Below, piece by piece: positions 60,150 through 64,000 of a DNA stretch of 64,000 bases. This stretch comes from Herpetosiphon geysericola (GTDB lineage: Bacteria; Chloroflexota; Chloroflexia; Chloroflexales; Herpetosiphonaceae). Under the pieces are notes generated by a model. It was not told the DNA's origin and did no database searches. It was given only the letters and a program-made list of their open reading frames with translations. The translations under genes and the position numbers were made by a program. The number at the start of each line of letters is the position of its first letter. Within the stretch, counting starts at the first letter, position 1. The DNA lies in NCBI RefSeq assembly GCF_001306135.1, contig NZ_LGKP01000040.1:24726-88725 (forward strand), read 5' to 3'.

Positions 60150-61889
60150 TTAGCTGCGAAAGCTATACCACCATTCAACCACCAGCAACGCTAATGCCAA
60201 GCCAATCAAAATTGGCCATAATGGCGTGCCTTGCGGTACTAAGCGGTCGCCCTCAGGCTGAGCAATTTGACTGATTGTTGGTTGGGTTTGTTGCTGAAGA
60301 TTCGATTCCTGGGGATCGCCAAAATTGACCGCAATTCCGCCACGATTGCTACCAACCACCCGATATAAACCAGCTTGGTTCAGCCGTTGATCAAGCGCTT
60401 GCTGCTGGCCATCAGGACGCGTCAATGGCGTATTCGGAGCAAAACTGCCAGCTGCCAGCTGTTCAGGCAACGATCCGCCAGTGAGATTGGCAATGCTGGC
60501 CGCCGTCAACAAAGGAAAGGCCAATTTTGCACTCAGATTGGTGTTATCCAAATTAAACAGCCAAACGATGGTGGCTTGCTCTTGCCACGTGCCACGCAAC
60601 ACCAAAGGCAATTGGGTATCAGTTTCAATCACACTGGTCAGGCCGGTTGGAATATTCTCACGCGTCATTGGGCGTCGACCACCCCATTGCACACTCGACA
60701 GATCGATGCCAGCAAAATCAGCATCAAGCACCGCACTACTGGCCTGTTCACCTAAAATGCTATCCTCGGTGAGCAAACGCTCGTCACGCGGTGGATTAAC
60801 AATCAACAGCGCACTGCTGGGTAATTGCTCAGGCAATACGCCATTCAGCACCGTCAAATCAACCCGCTGATTGCTAACCCCCGTGCCAACGCTCAACTCG
60901 ATATTAGGCAAACTCCGCAGCATCCGTTCCAGCGGCGAGGGCGTTAATGTCGCTAAATGCACCCGCAACGAGCCAGAACGATCAAGCGACACCAGCGCCC
61001 GATCATCAACTGCATAATCGTCGTTGGGGCTAAGCTGCAATTCAGCCAATTCGCCAGTACCCACTTCCCATGTACGTTCTTCGCTACCGCCCGGCTGAAT
61101 CACGATGTTTTGCTCGGATTCCAGCTGGCCATCAAGCAACAGGGTCAAGGTTCTGGCTGCTGGCAAATCGCTAAAATTGGTCACGCGGGCATACAATGCA
61201 TTGCGTTGATTGGGCAAGCGGCGGCTGGCAAAGGTCACGATGCCGCTGTTGGCGGTGCTTTCGCCCAGCGTGCGCCATTCCAATTCGGCTGCAACCGAGA
61301 GCGGTGTGCTACTAGCAGGCAAGGCGCCATCGCTCAACACCAGCATTTGATTTAGGCGATCGTTGGCGATAGTGGCGTTGGCAATGCTCAGCGCTTGAGC
61401 CAGATTGGCATTATTGCCAGCAGGCGCAAGCTCGGCCACAATTTGGCGCAATTGTTGGCGCTCTGCATAGCCGCCATAACCCAACAAGCGGGCTTCACTG
61501 TTGAGCTCAACCAAGGCCACGCTATCATCACGGCCCAAATCGCTAAGCACATTTTGGGTTTGTTGTTGGGCTTGGGCAAACGTGCCGTTGGCCAGCATGC
61601 TTGAGGTTGTGTCGAGGATAATCACCACATGGCGAGGATCGTTAAGCCCAAAAATCCAGCTTGGTTGGGTGAGGCCCAAAGCTAAACATGCAGCAACCAA
61701 GAGGTGTAATGCCAATAAAAGCGTTAATGGCAATTTGCGTTGCTGGCGCTCAGGTGGTGGTTTGAGCGCCGCCCACAGCCGAATTGTGGGAATTCGCAAG
61801 CGCTGACGGCGCTGCCGCACCATATGCAAAATTGCAATGATTGGCAACGAAATTAAGCCAATTAAGCCCAAGGGAACAAGCAAATTCAT
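60150..61889 (-). CDS. BatA-like membrane protein with vWA domain
   Basis: N-terminal double TM (LLVPLGLIGLISLPIIAILHMVR). vWA MIDAS-like region (VVIILDTTSSM). C-terminal TM. Confidence 0.7.
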   Translation of the reverse strand: MNLLVPLGLIGLISLPIIAILHMVRQRRQRLRIPTIRLWAALKPPPERQQRKLPLTLLLALHLLVAACLALGLTQPSWIFGLNDPRHVVIILDTTSSMLANGTFAQAQQQTQNVLSDLGRDDSVALVELNSEARLLGYGGYAERQQLRQIVAELAPAGNNANLAQALSIANATIANDRLNQMLVLSDGALPASSTPLSVAAELEWRTLGESTANSGIVTFASRRLPNQRNALYARVTNFSDLPAARTLTLLLDGQLESEQNIVIQPGGSEERTWEVGTGELAELQLSPNDDYAVDDRALVSLDRSGSLRVHLATLTPSPLERMLRSLPNIELSVGTGVSNQRVDLTVLNGVLPEQLPSSALLIVNPPRDERLLTEDSILGEQASSAVLDADFAGIDLSSVQWGGRRPMTRENIPTGLTSVIETDTQLPLVLRGTWQEQATIVWLFNLDNTNLSAKLAFPLLTAASIANLTGGSLPEQLAAGSFAPNTPLTRPDGQQQALDQRLNQAGLYRVVGSNRGGIAVNFGDPQESNLQQQTQPTISQIAQPEGDRLVPQGTPLWPILIGLALALLVVEWWYSFRS

Positions 61890-62044
61890 AAGGCTCGATG
61901 CTTCACAAGCATCTCGGTGCAGGCCCAGATGATTGCGCTGAATGAACAAACAGCATGGTGTTGATTGCACCATGCTGTCGTATTATAACGAGCTTTTGGG
62001 TCGCAGCGAAAGTAATGCAGCAGAAGAAGGCTGCAATCCCAAAG

Positions 62045-62785
62045 CTAGCGCTGTGGTAATTCGCGCATAAAGGTTTGTTGTTGCTCATCGATTGCGTGTT
62101 GCAACTGATTGCGCGAGAGCATGCCCGAAAGCACCAGTAACTCGCCAACCTGAAAATGCTGGCCGCGCACTTTCAAATCTGCTTGGCGGGCAATCACCTG
62201 ATTCAGTTGGGTGCGGGTAATCAGGCCTTGTTCAATCAGATGTTCACCCAAGCGATTGACGGTGCTTGCTTGGCCACCTTGGGCCCGAGCCATTTTTTGC
62301 ACTTCCAAGACCTTGCCCAGTGCTTGGGTGGTCAGCCAGCGGCGGCGCAGCAAAATATCACCTAGCGGCACAATCCGGCCATAGCGGGCTTCTTGGGATT
62401 GCTCGCTCAAGGCAGCTTCAAGCTGGATTTGCTTGATAAATTTTTGCTCAACCAAATATTCGCCCAAACGTTTGACCGCTGCAACCGATTTTTCAACCGG
62501 CGCTGCTGGCGGCGTTTGATCAACCACGACTTGCAAGCGCAAGAATTCCAAGCCCATGAGCGCTGCTTCGTTCGTTGGATCAAGCTCCAGCACCCGTTGC
62601 AAACAATCACGGCGTTTTTCTGGCTCCTCCAAAACCCCGCTGAGCCACAGCCAAGCTGGCGCAAAATCGGGATTTTCATGAATAATTGAAATTAATAAGC
62701 TGCGCCCCTCCTCCTTCCGGCCAGTGCTAATCGCAGCACGGGCGTGGGCAAAAAGCGTTTCGATGCTCACAGAATGTCCTTTCAA
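62045..62785 (-). CDS. Protein with N-terminal TPR-like region and two tandem MshEN (T2SSE_N-like) domains
   Basis: Four 24-residue motifs: RLGEYLVEQKFIKQIQLEAALSEQ, PLGDILLRRRWLTTQALGKVLEVQ, RLGEHLIEQGLITRTQLNQVIARQ and VGELLVLSGMLSRNQLQHAIDEQ. Confidence 0.65.
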   Translation of the reverse strand: MKGHSVSIETLFAHARAAISTGRKEEGRSLLISIIHENPDFAPAWLWLSGVLEEPEKRRDCLQRVLELDPTNEAALMGLEFLRLQVVVDQTPPAAPVEKSVAAVKRLGEYLVEQKFIKQIQLEAALSEQSQEARYGRIVPLGDILLRRRWLTTQALGKVLEVQKMARAQGGQASTVNRLGEHLIEQGLITRTQLNQVIARQADLKVRGQHFQVGELLVLSGMLSRNQLQHAIDEQQQTFMRELPQR

Positions 62786-62787
62786 GC

Positions 62788-64000
62788 TTAGCCTTTAGCC
62801 AATGCTTGGGCAGCAACCAAGAGTGGGTCCCACACCGATGAAAATGGCGGTGCATAACTTAGGTCTTGCCAAGCAAACTCATCTACCGTCATTCTTCCCG
62901 CTAATGCCACCGCTACCACATCAACCCGCTTTGCCACATCGTCGTAGCCAATAATTTGGCCACCCAACAATGTGCCGTCGGCTGCGTTCGCAACCAACTT
63001 AACCGTAATGGGCCGAGCATTGGGGTAATACCCCGCATGATCGGTCGAATGGATGATTTTGCTACGAACGTGGTAGCCATGGTGGAGAGCTTGCTCAACA
63101 CTTAATCCGGTCGCGGCAATGTGTAAATCGGCAAATTTGGTCACCGATGTGCCAACAACGCCGCGAAATGGTCGCTCGTGGCCTGCGAGAAAGGCGCCGA
63201 GGGTTCGACCTTGTTTATTTGCAGTGGTACCAAGCGGCATATACACTGGCTTATTTAAGATTCGATGATCAACGGTACAGCAATCGCCAGCAGCAAACAC
63301 CCTATCGACCGTAGTACGGCCTACTTGGTCGATTTTGATTGCCCCAGCTTCGCCAAGTTCAGCGCCGCAACTTGCAGCCAGTTCGCTATTGGGCTGCACT
63401 CCAGTGGCGATAATCACCAATTCGGCGGGATAATCGACCTTGCCAGCAACCACATGGGTCACTGTATCAGCCTTGCCTTCGAGGCCTTCGAGCGCCGCAC
63501 CAAGCGCTAAATGCACGCCCGCTGCTTCAAGTCGTTCGATAATCTGATTACTCATATCGTCATCAAGCGAGCTTAAAACCGTTTTGCTGCGGTTGATTAA
63601 GGTCACGCTAATGCCCAAATCAAGCAAAGCCTCGGCCATTTCTAACCCGATATAGCCAGCGCCAACCACCACCGCATGCTTGGGCTGCTGCTCATTGATA
63701 TAGGCTTGAATTGCTAAACCGTCATGCATTGAGCGTAACCGAAAGACACCCTGTAGTTCAATCCCTCTTACTGGTGGACAATTGACTCTTGCGCCAGTTG
63801 CCAGCACCAAGCGATCAAAATGATCGTGGAATGTCGTATTCGTGGCCAAATTGCGCACCGTCACCCGCCCAGCAGCCACATCAAGATCAGTCACTTCATG
63901 TTCAGTTTTCACCGTCACGCCATCGCGGGCAAATTGGGCTGGAGTACGGGCGATTAACGCCTGATAATCAGCAACTGCCCCGCTAATCAAATAGGGCAAG
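62788..64000 (-). CDS. FAD-dependent pyridine nucleotide-disulfide oxidoreductase (CoA-disulfide reductase / NADH oxidase-like); N-terminus beyond window end
   Basis: NAD-binding VVVGAGYIGLE and the family C-terminal dimerisation region. The ORF is open at the window edge; the reported M is a TTG. Confidence 0.75.
   Translation of the reverse strand, partial: LPYLISGAVADYQALIARTPAQFARDGVTVKTEHEVTDLDVAAGRVTVRNLATNTTFHDHFDRLVLATGARVNCPPVRGIELQGVFRLRSMHDGLAIQAYINEQQPKHAVVVGAGYIGLEMAEALLDLGISVTLINRSKTVLSSLDDDMSNQIIERLEAAGVHLALGAALEGLEGKADTVTHVVAGKVDYPAELVIIATGVQPNSELAASCGAELGEAGAIKIDQVGRTTVDRVFAAGDCCTVDHRILNKPVYMPLGTTANKQGRTLGAFLAGHERPFRGVVGTSVTKFADLHIAATGLSVEQALHHGYHVRSKIIHSTDHAGYYPNARPITVKLVANAADGTLLGGQIIGYDDVAKRVDVVAVALAGRMTVDEFAWQDLSYAPPFSSVWDPLLVAAQALAKG

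Noticed and set aside
63990-64000. Met start of the last ORF (MPYLISG)
   Set aside because: The codon is TTG at the window edge. The oxidoreductase gene continues beyond the window and lacks its N-terminal FAD-binding GxGxxG here.

Overview
This 64-kb window reads as a moderately GC-rich bacterial chromosome, probably Chloroflexota-like; that guess rests on gene content alone. Ordinary housekeeping blocks surround one accessory locus.

Housekeeping and signalling:
- 1-9.9 kb, minus strand: a fatty-acid and translation block. Order is TatA-like (partial), acpP, nusB, an Asp23-family gene, accC, three tandem SDR/fabG paralogs, fabD, fabH, rpmF, yceD, a coiled-coil protein, coaD and rsmD.
- 14-28.7 kb: a long uninterrupted minus-strand signalling string. 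It contains a STAS antagonist, an RsbW-like kinase, a TPR protein, a PP2C phosphatase, CheR-TPR, CheB, CheY, CheA-REC, a multi-TM MCP, two CheW, a degenerate REC, an OmpR regulator and a REC-GAF-HK hybrid kinase.
- Other genes include an ABC-F ATPase, a Ser/Thr kinase with two FGE domains, and a TetR regulator followed by two oxidoreductases. There is also a DegS-like kinase with a NarL-like regulator, a DegT aminotransferase and UppP. Further genes encode two chagasin-like lipoproteins, an EVE-domain protein, SOD, a U32 peptidase, a PhzF-family protein, an alpha/beta hydrolase and a Ser/Thr kinase with an FHA domain.

The accessory locus at 50.4-59.3 kb, plus strand, has lower GC than the flanks. 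It encodes a complete type III-B (Cmr) CRISPR-Cas effector: an HD-less minimal Cas10/Cmr2 (GGDD intact), Cmr3, a split Cmr1 lying in a very AT-rich segment, Cmr4, Cmr5 and Cmr6. Csx1 (CARF-HEPN) and an unknown 129-aa protein follow. No CRISPR array, cas6 or cas1/cas2 is visible in the window.

Several families of intergenic miniature repeats recur across the window. These are G-rich GGGGATCGG palindromic elements, elements rich in short tandem units (GGATGAA, CTTCGTG, CATAGAA), and an AAGTCAAAGGG motif.
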